DNA of 64,000 bases, taken from Faecousia sp. GTDB lineage: Bacteria > Bacillota > Clostridia > Oscillospirales > Oscillospiraceae. The notes below the pieces were generated by a model. That model saw only the letters and a list, made by a program, of their open reading frames with translations. It did no database searches and was not told the DNA's origin. A program made the position numbers and the translations under genes. The stretch spans positions 14,885 through 78,884 of the forward strand of contig JAXEXE010000031.1 in the NCBI GenBank assembly GCA_034113565.1. Reading direction: 5' to 3'. Shown here in pieces: positions 47,005 through 57,064 of this stretch; positions within the stretch are counted from its first letter, which is position 1, and each line of letters begins with the position of its first letter.

Positions 47005-47876
47005 TCCCCCTCTTTTAACTGGCGGGCAAGGGCTTTGCCCAGCATTTCCGCGTCCGCCGCGCTGCCGCGAATGCTGCCCTTGCGCTGAATACGTTCGTCA
47101 GCACTGACGTAGAAGCCTGTCAGCGTCAGCAGCGTTCTTTCCACCACGGCGTGGGCCGCGACCGGAGAACTGCATCCGCCGTTCAGCGCACGCACGAAGG
47201 CGCGCTCGGCCCTTGCGCAGCAGGCAGATTCTTTATCCTGCACAAGCCGCAGGCAGTCCGTGTTCATCCCCTTTCGGGTCTGTACCGCCAAAATGCCCTG
47301 TCCGGCGGCAGGCAGAATTTCCTCCACCGAAAAATAACGGCTGATCCGCTCTTCCAGTCCCAGCCGCTTGAGGCCTGCAGCCGCCAGCACCAGAGCAGAA
47401 AACTGCCCCGCTTCCAGTTTGGCAAGGCGGGTCTGGACATTGCCCCGAACCGGTTCGATCGCCATGTCCGGGAACAATTTCCTTAACTGTAATTGTCTGC
47501 GCCGGGACGAACAGCCAATGGGCTTTGAGCGGTCAATTTCCGTCGTGCCTTCCGGCAGCACCAGCACATCCCGGGGGTCTTCCCGGCTGGAAAAGGCCGC
47601 CAGCGGCAAATCCTCCGGCACCTCCATAGGCATATCTTTCAGAGAATGGACGGTAAAATCCACCTTTTCCTCCCGGAGGGCCTGATCCAATTCCCGCACA
47701 AACAGGCCCTTCCCGCCGATTTTGTCCAGCGTTTTGTCAAGTATTTTATCGCCGGTGGTCTTCATGGTCACCAACTCCAGCTCTGCCGCCGGTTCCGCCT
47801 TTGCGATTGCTTCCATCACCATTCGGCTCTGAATGACCGCCAGACGGCTTTCCCGGCTTCCGATACGCAGTTTCAT
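46995..47876 (-). CDS. hemC: Porphobilinogen deaminase
   Basis: IGSRESRLA, KTTGDK, GGKGLFVREL, VHSLKD, RGNVQTRL, GGCSSP. Confidence 0.95.
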   Translation of the reverse strand: MKLRIGSRESRLAVIQSRMVMEAIAKAEPAAELELVTMKTTGDKILDKTLDKIGGKGLFVRELDQALREEKVDFTVHSLKDMPMEVPEDLPLAAFSSREDPRDVLVLPEGTTEIDRSKPIGCSSRRRQLQLRKLFPDMAIEPVRGNVQTRLAKLEAGQFSALVLAAAGLKRLGLEERISRYFSVEEILPAAGQGILAVQTRKGMNTDCLRLVQDKESACCARAERAFVRALNGGCSSPVAAHAVVERTLLTLTGFYVSADERIQRKGSIRGSAADAEMLGKALARQLKEGECQ

Positions 47877-49291
47877 TCCAATTCCTCCAGCGCCCGGCGA
47901 ATAGCCTTGGCGGCCCGGGCGGTTCTGTGGTGGTCTTTTCCGCCGGACACCACTCCGGCAATCAGGTTCTCCCCGGTACAGACCGCCGGAAAATAGAAGG
48001 TGCATTCTGACTCGCAATCCGCAACGGAAACGGGGATACCAAGTTCTCCCGCATCCATGCCGACCTGATGATTCACACTGCGGCTGTCAGTGGCGGCAAT
48101 CGCCAGACAGGCTCCCTCCAAATCCCCGGAGGTATACGCCCGCTGCTTCCATAGCAGCCCCTCCGGACTGCATTTCAGCTCCGGAGCCACGACTTCGATT
48201 TCACAGCCAAACAGGCGCAAGGTTGCTATTCTACGGGCGGCGATGGTTCCGCCGCCCACCAAAACCACCTTTTTCCCGGTCAAATCCACAAACAGCGGGA
48301 ATCTGGGTGATTTCTGTGCAATTTCCTGCCGCCGCTGCCACTGGGAAAAGCGTTCCTGCTCCTGCGCCGCAATGGCGCGCATGGCTTCCAGCTCTTCCGG
48401 GCTTCCGGGGCCTGCTGATCCAAGAGAGTCTGTATCGTACAGTGTTATCCGTTGACCGCACTCTGGATCAATGTCCCGGGGTACTGCCAAATCTACGGCC
48501 ACCTTCGGTGGATTCTGAACCTGCCGCAATTGCTGGGCAGTCAAGGTATAGTGGGGACTGGTGGTTGCGGAAACCAGTGCATCCATATTTTCCAGCGCCG
48601 CTGCCCGGTCTTCGTAGTTGACCGTTTTGCACCCGGCAGGAACCAGCGTTTCCCCATGACGATAGGTTCGCAGAGTCACGCTGACGCTGGCCCCAGCCTC
48701 CTGCAAAAGCTGTGCCGCAAGGCGGCCCATCTGCCCGTTTCCGATGACCAGAATCTTCTTCCCTTCCAGCGTACCCAACTCCCGCAGAAGAATGTCCCGG
48801 CAGCGGGTTCCCATGGAGGGGCTGCTCCTGCTGACGGACACTTCCGTTCTCGCCCGCTTGCCCGCCGTCACCGCGCCGCGAAACAGAGCGGACAGTGTGG
48901 GATCGGCGGTTTTTTCTTTCTGGGCCAGTTCCATGGCTTTGCGCACCTGGGTGATGATCTGGTCTTCCCCCAGAATCTGAGAGTGCAAGCCGCAGGTCAC
49001 CTCCATCAGGTGCCGGGCGGCATCCACACCACAGCGGGTGGTGAAATAGTCCTCCATCTCCCCTTCCGGCACGCCTGCACCACGGCACAGGAGTCGCCAC
49101 GGCGTTTCCGCGCTGCCGCTGATATACAGCTCCGTCCGGTTGCAGGTGGAGAGCAGCACGCACCCTTCCACGCCGGGCCGGTTATGAAGCCAGTGCAGGA
49201 GTTCTTCCGCCTGAGATGTGGAAAAGGCCAGTCGCTGACGCTGATTCAGGGGGGTCCTTTGATAATCCAGGCCTGACATCATGAGCGTCAT
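47873..49291 (-). CDS. hemA: Glutamyl-tRNA reductase fused to a precorrin-2 dehydrogenase (SirC/CysG-N) domain
   Basis: LSTCNRTE, GEDQIITQV, IGNGQMG, DLAVPRDID, then FPLFVDL.GKKVVLVGGG.IAARR. Start codon uncertain. Confidence 0.88.
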   Translation of the reverse strand: MTLMMSGLDYQRTPLNQRQRLAFSTSQAEELLHWLHNRPGVEGCVLLSTCNRTELYISGSAETPWRLLCRGAGVPEGEMEDYFTTRCGVDAARHLMEVTCGLHSQILGEDQIITQVRKAMELAQKEKTADPTLSALFRGAVTAGKRARTEVSVSRSSPSMGTRCRDILLRELGTLEGKKILVIGNGQMGRLAAQLLQEAGASVSVTLRTYRHGETLVPAGCKTVNYEDRAAALENMDALVSATTSPHYTLTAQQLRQVQNPPKVAVDLAVPRDIDPECGQRITLYDTDSLGSAGPGSPEELEAMRAIAAQEQERFSQWQRRQEIAQKSPRFPLFVDLTGKKVVLVGGGTIAARRIATLRLFGCEIEVVAPELKCSPEGLLWKQRAYTSGDLEGACLAIAATDSRSVNHQVGMDAGELGIPVSVADCESECTFYFPAVCTGENLIAGVVSGGKDHHRTARAAKAIRRALEELE

Positions 49292-50751
49292 TTCCCGCCC
49301 TCCTTCACAATGACCAGCGAAAAATAACCGGAGGGTTCTTCCAAATCCGCAAAGTGGGGGTAAACGCGCTCATTTTCCATGCTGCAATTTTCAACCATAG
49401 ACGCGCCCTCCAGAAGCCCCCGGTCTGCCAGAGCCTGCTGCAATTCCAGAATGGAACGGCCCGCCTTCATGAAGACCTTATTGCCGGGAACGTCCATCAG
49501 TTCCTCCTGATCGTGGGACGCCGGAATAATCAGCAGCGGCTCCGCGCCGAGACAGAGGGACTGGTTCAGCCGTGCCGCCGCCGCGCAGAAGGAAGGGATG
49601 CCCGGCACTACCTCCACCGCGTAGCCCCGGCGCAGCACCTTCTGGTGAATATACATATACGTCGAGTAGATGGCAGGATCGCCCAGCGTCAGGAAGGCCA
49701 CCTGCTTCCCCTGATCCAGCAGGCCGCAGATGGTGTCCGCCGCCTGCTCGTGAGCCGCATCCATGGCGGTCTTATCCCGCACCATGGGGGTTTTTACGAA
49801 CTGAATCTGCTTGTCCTTCAGATAGTCCATCGCAATATTCAGGGCCACCTTGTCCCCGCTGCTGGCGTCCGGCACGATGACTACGTCCGCTTCCCGCAGA
49901 ACCCGGACAGCCTTCACCGTCAGCAGCTCCGGGTCACCGGGGCCAACACCCACACCCCAGAGCTTTCCGCCTGTCGCCAGCGCTTCCACCGCACTGCGGC
50001 AGTGCTCCACGAACAGCGCCCGGATTGCGGGACACTCGCCCAGTCCCTGCAGGATGCAGCGCACGGGATACCCAGCCTTTTTCAACTGCTCCGCCCAGGA
50101 ATCCTCATCCCCGGACATATCGTTTCTGGCATGATCTCCCGCCACCAGCATAAAGGGGGCCAGCATCAGGCGGCGGATCTCCGGACGTTTGGCAAGCTGC
50201 CGTTCCACACTTTCCAGCGTGGGATAGCCCTCCACCGTGGCAAGATACACCCGGTCACAGGAGCTTTGCAGCATATGCTCCATCTGCGCGTAGGCGGAAT
50301 TGGCAAAGTGGGTGGTTCCGTGACCCATGAGTACCAGCGCTTCATCCTCCGCCAGCGGCGGCAGCCAGTTCAGCAGGGCCTGCGCCACGGCGGCGTAGTC
50401 TTCCTCCCCGTGAAGCAAAGGCATCCCCACGGAAACCTTCATCCGCAGACGGTACGGTTCCAGCTGGGACAGCATTTTTTCATATTCCTCGCCGTGCATG
50501 ACGTGGGTGGACTGGACGGCAATGTGAGTGAAGCCTTCCTCCTCCAGCCGCTGCATGGCCTGAGCAACATTTTCAATCTCCACCCCGTCCCGCTCTTTTA
50601 GTTTCCGAATGATCATTCCGCTGGTAAAGGCACGGCGAACCTCCCAGTCCGGGAAGGCTTCCGCCAGCGCCTGCTCCGTAGCGGCAATGGTCTTGCGCAG
50701 GGTATCGGGGTAAGACGTTCCAAAGGACACTGCCAAAATTGCTTTTTTCAT
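49288..50751 (-). CDS. cbiK: Anaerobic cobaltochelatase CbiK fused to C20-methyltransferase CbiL
   Basis: SFGTSY, LMGHGT, PFMLVAGDHARND, then GVGVGPGDPELLTVKA, LTLGDP.IYST, VPGIPS. Confidence 0.9.
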   Translation of the reverse strand: MKKAILAVSFGTSYPDTLRKTIAATEQALAEAFPDWEVRRAFTSGMIIRKLKERDGVEIENVAQAMQRLEEEGFTHIAVQSTHVMHGEEYEKMLSQLEPYRLRMKVSVGMPLLHGEEDYAAVAQALLNWLPPLAEDEALVLMGHGTTHFANSAYAQMEHMLQSSCDRVYLATVEGYPTLESVERQLAKRPEIRRLMLAPFMLVAGDHARNDMSGDEDSWAEQLKKAGYPVRCILQGLGECPAIRALFVEHCRSAVEALATGGKLWGVGVGPGDPELLTVKAVRVLREADVVIVPDASSGDKVALNIAMDYLKDKQIQFVKTPMVRDKTAMDAAHEQAADTICGLLDQGKQVAFLTLGDPAIYSTYMYIHQKVLRRGYAVEVVPGIPSFCAAAARLNQSLCLGAEPLLIIPASHDQEELMDVPGNKVFMKAGRSILELQQALADRGLLEGASMVENCSMENERVYPHFADLEEPSGYFSLVIVKEGGK

Positions 50752-50796
50752 TGCATTCTCTCCTATGCGCGCATCCGCGTTTTTTTGCGGCTGTCC

Positions 50797-50822
50797 AAAA
50801 AAGGACAGCCCAACGGCTGCCC
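50797..50822 (-). terminator. Expression-platform terminator of the cobalamin riboswitch
   Basis: gggcagcc-gttg-ggctgtcc followed by U6 on the minus strand. Confidence 0.7.
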
Positions 50823-50879
50823 GGCGAAAGGACGGTTCGTCCCATTCCCGGAGACTGATCACCGCAGCCCGGAAAAAGT

Positions 50880-51032
50880 AGATTCTGGCAGGTCTCCTGA
50901 CTTCAGATCACGGCTCGCACGCCTTCTCAGGATCGCTCCCAATGGCTTTTGTGCGCTGCTCCCTGTTACAGTGACGGGTTCGTTCCGGACTTGCACCGGA
51001 TTCCCTTTTCTCCTTGCGGATACCAGAATCTT
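50880..51032 (-). promoter_or_regulatory. Cobalamin riboswitch
   Basis: GGGAATCCGGTGCAAGTCCGG, CCCGTCACTGTAA, GCCATTGGG..GAGAAGG, AGTCAGGAGACCTGCC. P1 is gattctgg/ccagaatc. TTGACA-N17-TAAACT promoter at ~51051-51079. Confidence 0.93.
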
Positions 51033-51139
51033 TCCTGTTTTACGCGTATAGTTTATCCTTTTTTTCCTCGTATGTCAATGCCTATTCCGGCGGGCAAAAT
51101 ATGGGATACACGCATAGACTGGGCTGGAGGTATCAGTCT

Positions 51140-52015
51140 ATGAAAAAGCCACTGTTTACAGGCGTATGCACCGCCCTGGTCACACCGTTTCTGGGCGGAA
51201 ATGTCAACTATCCCATGATGGATCTGCTGCTGCGGCGGCAGGTGGATGCAGGAATCGAAGCCGTGGTGCTGTGCGGCACCACCGGGGAATCCCCCACCCT
51301 GTCCGACCTGGAAAAGCTGGAAATGTTCCGCAGAGGGAAACGTTATGTGGGAGATTCCTGCAAAATCATCGCGGGAACCGGCTCCAATGATACATCCCAC
51401 GCCATTGCCCTGAGCAAAGCCGCAGAAGAAACTGGGGTCGACGCGCTTCTTGTGGTCAGCCCCTACTACAATAAGGTAACCCCCGACGGGCTGCTGACCC
51501 ACTATTCCGCCATCGCCGGTGCGGTACATATTCCGGTGATTGTGTACAACGTCCCTTCCCGAACGGGGGTGGATATCCCCGTCAGCGTTTACCAGAAACT
51601 GGCCCGGATTCCGAATATCGCCGGAGTTAAGGAGGCCAGCGGGGATATCACGAAAATTGCGAAAACCCGTGCCCTGTGTCCGGAGGAATTCGCCGTGTGG
51701 AGCGGCAACGACGACCTTGCCGCCGCCGTCATGGCGCTGGGCGGCAGCGGCGTGATTTCCGTGCTGTCCAACGTATTGCCGGAGCAGACCCAGTCTATGG
51801 CTCGGGCAGCATTGGACGGGGACTTTGACACGGCGGCGGATTTACAGATTCGGCTGCTGCCGCTGATCGAGGCTCTGTTCAGCGAAGTCAACCCCATTCC
51901 CGTGAAGGCGGCCATGAAGCTTATTGGCTACGACTGCGGCGAATGCCGTCTGCCCCTGACCCCCATTGCTCAGGAAAACCTGAAAAAGCTGAAAAGCATC
52001 CTGCTTCCCAGCTAA
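51140..52015 (+). CDS. dapA: 4-hydroxy-tetrahydrodipicolinate synthase
   Basis: TALVTPF, GTTGESPTL, SPYYNK, YNVPSRTG, GVKEASG, GVISV, EVNPIPVKAA. Confidence 0.93.
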   Translation: MKKPLFTGVCTALVTPFLGGNVNYPMMDLLLRRQVDAGIEAVVLCGTTGESPTLSDLEKLEMFRRGKRYVGDSCKIIAGTGSNDTSHAIALSKAAEETGVDALLVVSPYYNKVTPDGLLTHYSAIAGAVHIPVIVYNVPSRTGVDIPVSVYQKLARIPNIAGVKEASGDITKIAKTRALCPEEFAVWSGNDDLAAAVMALGGSGVISVLSNVLPEQTQSMARAALDGDFDTAADLQIRLLPLIEALFSEVNPIPVKAAMKLIGYDCGECRLPLTPIAQENLKKLKSILLPS

Positions 52016-52020
52016 AAGAA

Positions 52021-52047
52021 CGCGCTCTCCCGATTGGGAGAGCGCAA
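52021..52047. terminator. Bidirectional terminator between dapA and tyrS
   Basis: gcgctctccc-gatt-gggagagcgc. Confidence 0.75.
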
Positions 52048-52056
52048 TTGCTATGA

Positions 52057-53280
52057 TTAAGCCAAAACCGCCTTGTGGAAGACCTTTTTCCCCTTGCGAA
52101 TTTTCACGCCTTCTTTCAGCATTTCTTCCGTCACAGAGAACTGGGCCGAGGGAACCTTCTCGTCGTTGACCAGCACGCCGCCCTGCTCTACCAGTTGGCG
52201 CGCCTGCTTGTTGGAGGGAGCCAGACCACAGGCAACCATCAGATTCAGAATGCCGATTCTGCCGTCGGTGAGCTTGTCGGCGGTAATCTCGGTGGTGGGC
52301 ATATTGGCGTCGTCACCGCCGCCCACGAACAAAGCCTTGGATGCGGCCTTTGCCTTGTCCGCCTCTTCCTCGCCGTGCACCAGCTTGGTCAGCTCGTAAG
52401 CGAGGATTTCCTTGGCCTCGTTCAGCTTGGCGTCCTTCCAGTCGGACATGGCGTCGATTTCCTCCAGGGGCAGGAAGGTCAGCATCCGCAGGCACTTAAG
52501 CACGTCCGCGTCATCCACATTCCGCCAGTACTGGAAGAATTCAAAGGGAGAGGTCTTGTTGGGGTCCAGCCAGACAGCGCCCTTGGCGGTCTTGCCCATC
52601 TTCTTGCCCTCGGAATTGAGAAGCAGGGTGATGGTCATGGCGTGGGCATCCTTGCCCAGCTTGCGGCGGATCAGCTCGGTGCCGCCCAGCATATTGCTCC
52701 ACTGGTCGTTGCCGCCGAACTGCATGTTGCAGCCGTAGGTCTGGAACAGGTGGTAGAAATCGTAGGACTGCATAATCATGTAGTTGAATTCCAGGAAGGA
52801 AAGGCCCTTTTCCATGCGCTGCTTGTAGCACTCGGCCCGGAGCATATTGTTCACGGAGAAGCAGGCGCCTACCTCCCGCAGAACGTCCACATAGTTAAGG
52901 TCCAGCAGCCAGTCGGCGTTGTTGACCATCATCGCCTTGCCCTCGCCGAACTCGATAAACCGCTCCATCTGCTTTTTGAAGCAGTTGCAGTTGTGCTGGA
53001 TGGTCTCCCGGGTCATCATGGAGCGCATATCCGTACGGCCGGAGGGGTCGCCGATCATGGCAGTGCCGCCGCCGATCAGGGCGATGGGGCGGTTACCCGC
53101 CATTTGCAGCCGCTTCATCAGGCACAGGGCCATGAAGTGGCCCACATGGAGGGAATCGGCAGTGGGATCAAAGCCAATGTAGAAGGTGGCCTTGCCGTTG
53201 TCGATCAGGTCGCGGATCTCTTCTTCGTTGGTCACCTGGGCAATCAGGCCCCGGGCAACCAGTTCATCATACAGTTTCAT
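52057..53280 (-). CDS. tyrS: Tyrosine--tRNA ligase
   Basis: [30 protein letters not shown]-terminal S4 domain. Confidence 0.97.
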   Translation of the reverse strand: MKLYDELVARGLIAQVTNEEEIRDLIDNGKATFYIGFDPTADSLHVGHFMALCLMKRLQMAGNRPIALIGGGTAMIGDPSGRTDMRSMMTRETIQHNCNCFKKQMERFIEFGEGKAMMVNNADWLLDLNYVDVLREVGACFSVNNMLRAECYKQRMEKGLSFLEFNYMIMQSYDFYHLFQTYGCNMQFGGNDQWSNMLGGTELIRRKLGKDAHAMTITLLLNSEGKKMGKTAKGAVWLDPNKTSPFEFFQYWRNVDDADVLKCLRMLTFLPLEEIDAMSDWKDAKLNEAKEILAYELTKLVHGEEEADKAKAASKALFVGGGDDANMPTTEITADKLTDGRIGILNLMVACGLAPSNKQARQLVEQGGVLVNDEKVPSAQFSVTEEMLKEGVKIRKGKKVFHKAVLA

Positions 53281-53297
53281 ATTCGTTTCCTTTCTTC

Positions 53298-54230
53298 TTA
53301 TTGCGCTGCGTCCCGGCAGATGTAGGTAATGATCGCCGCACGCAGAAGATTGACGTTGGTTCGTTCCAGAATGGTATCCTTATTTGTGTGGATTCTTCCC
53401 AGATACAGGGTCTTTCCCCGCTTTTTCAGCGCGCAGATGCCGACGCCCCAGGGAAAATTCGCCTGATCGGAGGGATAGAAGGAAAAGCCCTTCTCCCGGA
53501 GCAAAATGCTCTTTTTCCCGAAATATCCGCAGGCTTTGTACAGGGAGGTCAGGCGCTTTCTGTCCTTTTTCAGCTTCTTCGTGGGAAACAGCAGCAGATT
53601 GTCTCCATCGCCCACACAGTCCAGATTCAGCACCATTTGCCGGTCGGTCCGGGCTTTATGGGCTTTTCGGTAGGAAGCCGAACCAATCAGGCCCGCTTCC
53701 TCTAGATCAAACAGCACAAAGCAGACACGCTTTTGCTGGTTTTCCGGCATGCTTTTGGCGATTTCCAGCAGGGTAATTACGCCGGAGGTATTGTCGTTGG
53801 CGTTGCTGGGGTTCGCCGGGCCAATCAGCATCAGGGCAAGGAGAATCCAGACCAGAAGATACCCGACCAACACGCCGGCGAAAACGCTGCCGGTGAGCAA
53901 ACCCACCGCAAGGCCGCCAAGAATACACACGCCCAGAATCAGCAGCATCAGCGCAAGCTGCCAGAGCAGAAACAGCCAAAAATTGCAGGGTGTAAGGAAA
54001 TTGGGGATGGGCAGCCGGGCGCAGGTGTCGTAGTGGGCCGTCACCAGATAGTCTGCCTGCTCGGGGTTTCCGAGTATCAGGTTCTGACTGCCAAAGCTTC
54101 CCTTCTCCACCCGGCTTTCATATCCAATGGAAGCGGCATATGCCTGCACCGCGTCCCGAAAGGCCTGCTTCTGCCGCTTCGTCTTCCGCAGGGGAAAGGC
54201 TGTCAGAACATCCATAGGCTTTTCAAGCAT
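53298..54230 (-). CDS. M28 family metallopeptidase with two internal TM segments
   Basis: [35 protein letters not shown] zinc-ligand motifs. Confidence 0.85.
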   Translation of the reverse strand: MLEKPMDVLTAFPLRKTKRQKQAFRDAVQAYAASIGYESRVEKGSFGSQNLILGNPEQADYLVTAHYDTCARLPIPNFLTPCNFWLFLLWQLALMLLILGVCILGGLAVGLLTGSVFAGVLVGYLLVWILLALMLIGPANPSNANDNTSGVITLLEIAKSMPENQQKRVCFVLFDLEEAGLIGSASYRKAHKARTDRQMVLNLDCVGDGDNLLLFPTKKLKKDRKRLTSLYKACGYFGKKSILLREKGFSFYPSDQANFPWGVGICALKKRGKTLYLGRIHTNKDTILERTNVNLLRAAIITYICRDAAQ

Positions 54231-54600
54231 GGCCTTCCTCCCCTGCCAGCAGCTCGGCCTGCTTCTTTTTGCTGAAGGAATGCAGAATCAGACCATATGC
54301 TTCGTCCAACATATCCCGCAGAACTGTGTCCGGCACCTCGCCGTCCGCCCGGATGGAATTCCAGTGGGCCTTATTCATATAGTACCCCGGCAGAACATCG
54401 GGATACTGCCGGCGGTAGAAATCTCCGTCCGCCGGTTCCAGCTTCAGGGTGATATAGTAGGGCTTTCCCGCTTCATCCAGGCAGACGGCGGCAAACAGCT
54501 TGCCCCCAATCTGATAGCGGTACCAGCCCCACTCTTCCTTGAAATTCTTCTGTACCGCCGGCTTTTGAAGCAAATATTCATCAATCCACGGATATTTCAT
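54223..54600 (-). CDS. MmcQ/YjbR family protein
   Basis: YQIGGKLFA, ITLKLEP, VLPGYYMNKAHWNSI, MLDEAYGLI. Confidence 0.87.
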   Translation of the reverse strand: MKYPWIDEYLLQKPAVQKNFKEEWGWYRYQIGGKLFAAVCLDEAGKPYYITLKLEPADGDFYRRQYPDVLPGYYMNKAHWNSIRADGEVPDTVLRDMLDEAYGLILHSFSKKKQAELLAGEEGHA

Positions 54601-54619
54601 CGCATTCTCTCCTTTTCCA

Positions 54620-54880
54620 TGCAAAAACGCCCTCTATCCCAATGGGATAGAGGGCGCAGTGATGCGCGGTACCACCTCTGATTCGGCATTTTCTCGCAAA
54701 AATGCCCTCACGGCGTCAAATAACGCCATTCGCGGTATCGGGCGAACCCGTCTTTCCCTACTGTGCCCTTCAGGAAAGCCACTCAGGGAGGTATTTGGGC
54801 GCGTTTTCCCGCCGCCTCGCACCAGCCGGCAGCTCTCTGGGGGAAAGGTAAGCGCTTACTTCATCCCTTCACTGTGTTTA
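54620..54880 (-). promoter_or_regulatory. T-box riboswitch (Tyr)
   Basis: Promoter TTGACA-N17-TAGGAT (54888-54916), AG-box/GGTG, UAC specifier at 54791-54793, T-box AATCAGAGGTGGTACCGCG (54665-54683), 13-bp terminator at 54628-54656. Confidence 0.92.
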
Positions 54881-54930
54881 CCCGGCTATCCTAGCAAAGA
54901 TAGCCGATTTTGTCAAGTTTTTTGTGGTTT

Positions 54931-56577
54931 TTATCGGAGCATTTCCTCCGCGCTCTTCAGCGTCGTCTCCGTAATATTCGTGCCGCCGATGATACGGGCC
55001 AGCTCCCGTTTCCGGCCCTCCCTGTCCAAGGGTATGACAGAAGTAAATGTACGTCCGTCCCGCTCAGACTTGGTAATCAGCAGATGTGTGTCCGCAAGGG
55101 CCGCCAACTGGGGCAGGTGGGTCACGCAGAGTACCTGCTTGTGAGCGGCGACGCTTCTCAGCTTCTCCGCCACCTTCTGGGCCGCCCTGCCGGACACGCC
55201 GGTATCCACCTCGTCAAAAATCAGGGTGCCAATCTGGTCCTTTTCCGCCAGTACATTTTTCATTGCCAGCATAATGCGGGCCAGCTCACCGCCGGAAGCA
55301 ACCTTGCTCAGAGGCTTCAATGCTTCGCCGGCATTGGCGGACATATAGAAGGCCACAGCGTCCGCGCCGTTGGCAGTCAGTTCCGTTTCCGTAAATTCAC
55401 AGGAGAACTGCACCCGGGGCATATCCAGCTGGGCAAGCTCCGTCAGAATCCGTGCCGACATGGTTTTTGCCGTTTCCTGTCGGTTTTCCCGCAAAGCCTT
55501 TGCCGCATTCCAGGCCGCCTTTTCCGCCTTTTTCAGGTTCTTTTTCAGGCGCTCTAGGTGGTCGTCCGCAAATTCGATTTCATCCAGTTCCGCCTTTGCC
55601 TTTTCGAGATAGGCAAGAATGTCCTCACAGGTCGTTCCGTATTTCCGGCGCAGCTTATGAATCACGTCCAGTCGGGACTCGATCTGCTCCAGCTCGTCGG
55701 CGGAATAGCTCAGGCTGTCCCGGGCGTCCCGGACCTCCTCCGCCGCGTCCTGCACCTGATACATAAGGTCGGATACCCGATCATGAAGCTCCGAAAAGGT
55801 GTCGCTGAACTTCGCCAGCCTTGCAAGGGCGTATTCCGCCTGAGCCAGCAGCCCTGCCGCGCCGTCGGATTCATCGCCGCCGTAGAGACATTCCACAGCG
55901 GTTTCCATACCGTTACTCAGCTTCTCCGCGTTCTGGAGCACCTTGCGGCGTTCTTCCAGAACCTCGTCCTCTCCGGCCTCCAGTTCCGCCTTCTCAATTT
56001 CGGCAATCTGATATTTCAGCGTCTCCATACGGCGGAGCTTTTCGCCTTCGTCCATGGTGAGCGCGTTGATTTCCCGGCGAAGCTTGGCAACCGCCTCGTA
56101 TTTTTCGCTGTAACCCTGACGCAGGGCGGCATTATCCGCAAAGCTGTCCAGAAAGGTCAGATGGTTTTCCTCGTCAAACAGGGCGGCGGAATCGTGCTGG
56201 CCGTGGATGTTGATGAGCTGAATGCCCAGCTTACGCAGAATGGTCACGTTGACTAAACTGCCGTTGACCCGGCAGATGTTCTTGCCGTCCAGATGAATCT
56301 CCCGGGAAATCACGGTTTCCGGGTCGTACTCCACACCGTTCTCGGCAAACCACGCAAGCTCCGGTACGTCCGTAAACACCGCCCGGACGGAGGCCCGCTC
56401 GGTGCCGGTACGAATCATGTCCCGGTAGGCCCGTTCGCCCAAAATAGCGGAGATGGCGTCGATCACAATGGATTTGCCGGCGCCGGTTTCGCCGGTCAGC
56501 ACGTTAAAGCCCCGGTCAAAAGATATGTCCGCGCTCTCAATGACCGCGATATTTTCGATATGCAGCAAACTCAGCAC
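54931..56577 (-). CDS. recN: DNA repair protein RecN
   Basis: LTGETGAGKS, IHGQHD, ASGGELAR, IFDEVDTGVSG, VTHLPQLA. Confidence 0.96.
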   Translation of the reverse strand: MLSLLHIENIAVIESADISFDRGFNVLTGETGAGKSIVIDAISAILGERAYRDMIRTGTERASVRAVFTDVPELAWFAENGVEYDPETVISREIHLDGKNICRVNGSLVNVTILRKLGIQLINIHGQHDSAALFDEENHLTFLDSFADNAALRQGYSEKYEAVAKLRREINALTMDEGEKLRRMETLKYQIAEIEKAELEAGEDEVLEERRKVLQNAEKLSNGMETAVECLYGGDESDGAAGLLAQAEYALARLAKFSDTFSELHDRVSDLMYQVQDAAEEVRDARDSLSYSADELEQIESRLDVIHKLRRKYGTTCEDILAYLEKAKAELDEIEFADDHLERLKKNLKKAEKAAWNAAKALRENRQETAKTMSARILTELAQLDMPRVQFSCEFTETELTANGADAVAFYMSANAGEALKPLSKVASGGELARIMLAMKNVLAEKDQIGTLIFDEVDTGVSGRAAQKVAEKLRSVAAHKQVLCVTHLPQLAALADTHLLITKSERDGRTFTSVIPLDREGRKRELARIIGGTNITETTLKSAEEMLR

Positions 56578-56595
56578 GGCGATTCTCCTCTTTTT

Positions 56596-57048
56596 TCAGC
56601 TCAGCAGATTCTTGATTTCCCCGCAGAAGGCCGCGGCGGCATTGGTATCGCGCATGACGATAAACACGGTGTCATCGCCGGCGATACTGCCCAGCACCAC
56701 GCTGCGGCTCATGGTGTCCAGCGCCGAAGCGGCGGCATTGGCAAGGCCGGGCAGGGTGTGAATGACAATGATGTTCTGGGCGTAGTCAAAGCTGGTGACA
56801 CACTCCCGGAAAATGGTATTGAGTCGTCCCGTGAAGGTGCCGGGCACCTCTCTTGCCGCGGCGGTATAGTGATAGGTGCCGAAGCTGGTCAGCTCCTTGA
56901 TAATGCGCAGTTCCTTAATGTCCCGGGAAATGGTTGCCTGGGTGCTGTTAAAGCCGGCTTCCCGCAATGCGTCCAGCAGCTGCTCCTGGGTCTCCACATT
57001 GGTGGTGGAGATGATCTCCATGATCTTTGCCTGTCGTTTCGATTTCAA
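56596..57048 (-). CDS. argR: Arginine repressor
   Basis: TQEQL, TQATISRDIKEL, TLPGLA, GSIAGDDT. Confidence 0.93.
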   Translation of the reverse strand: MKSKRQAKIMEIISTTNVETQEQLLDALREAGFNSTQATISRDIKELRIIKELTSFGTYHYTAAAREVPGTFTGRLNTIFRECVTSFDYAQNIIVIHTLPGLANAAASALDTMSRSVVLGSIAGDDTVFIVMRDTNAAAAFCGEIKNLLS

Positions 57049-57064
57049 TGCCCTTCCCCCTCTA

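Noticed and set aside
51092-51120. SigK-like promoter (GGCA-N16-CATAGACT) for dapA, suggesting spore DPA synthesis
   Set aside because: The -10 fits but the -35 match is too weak and short to support the claim.
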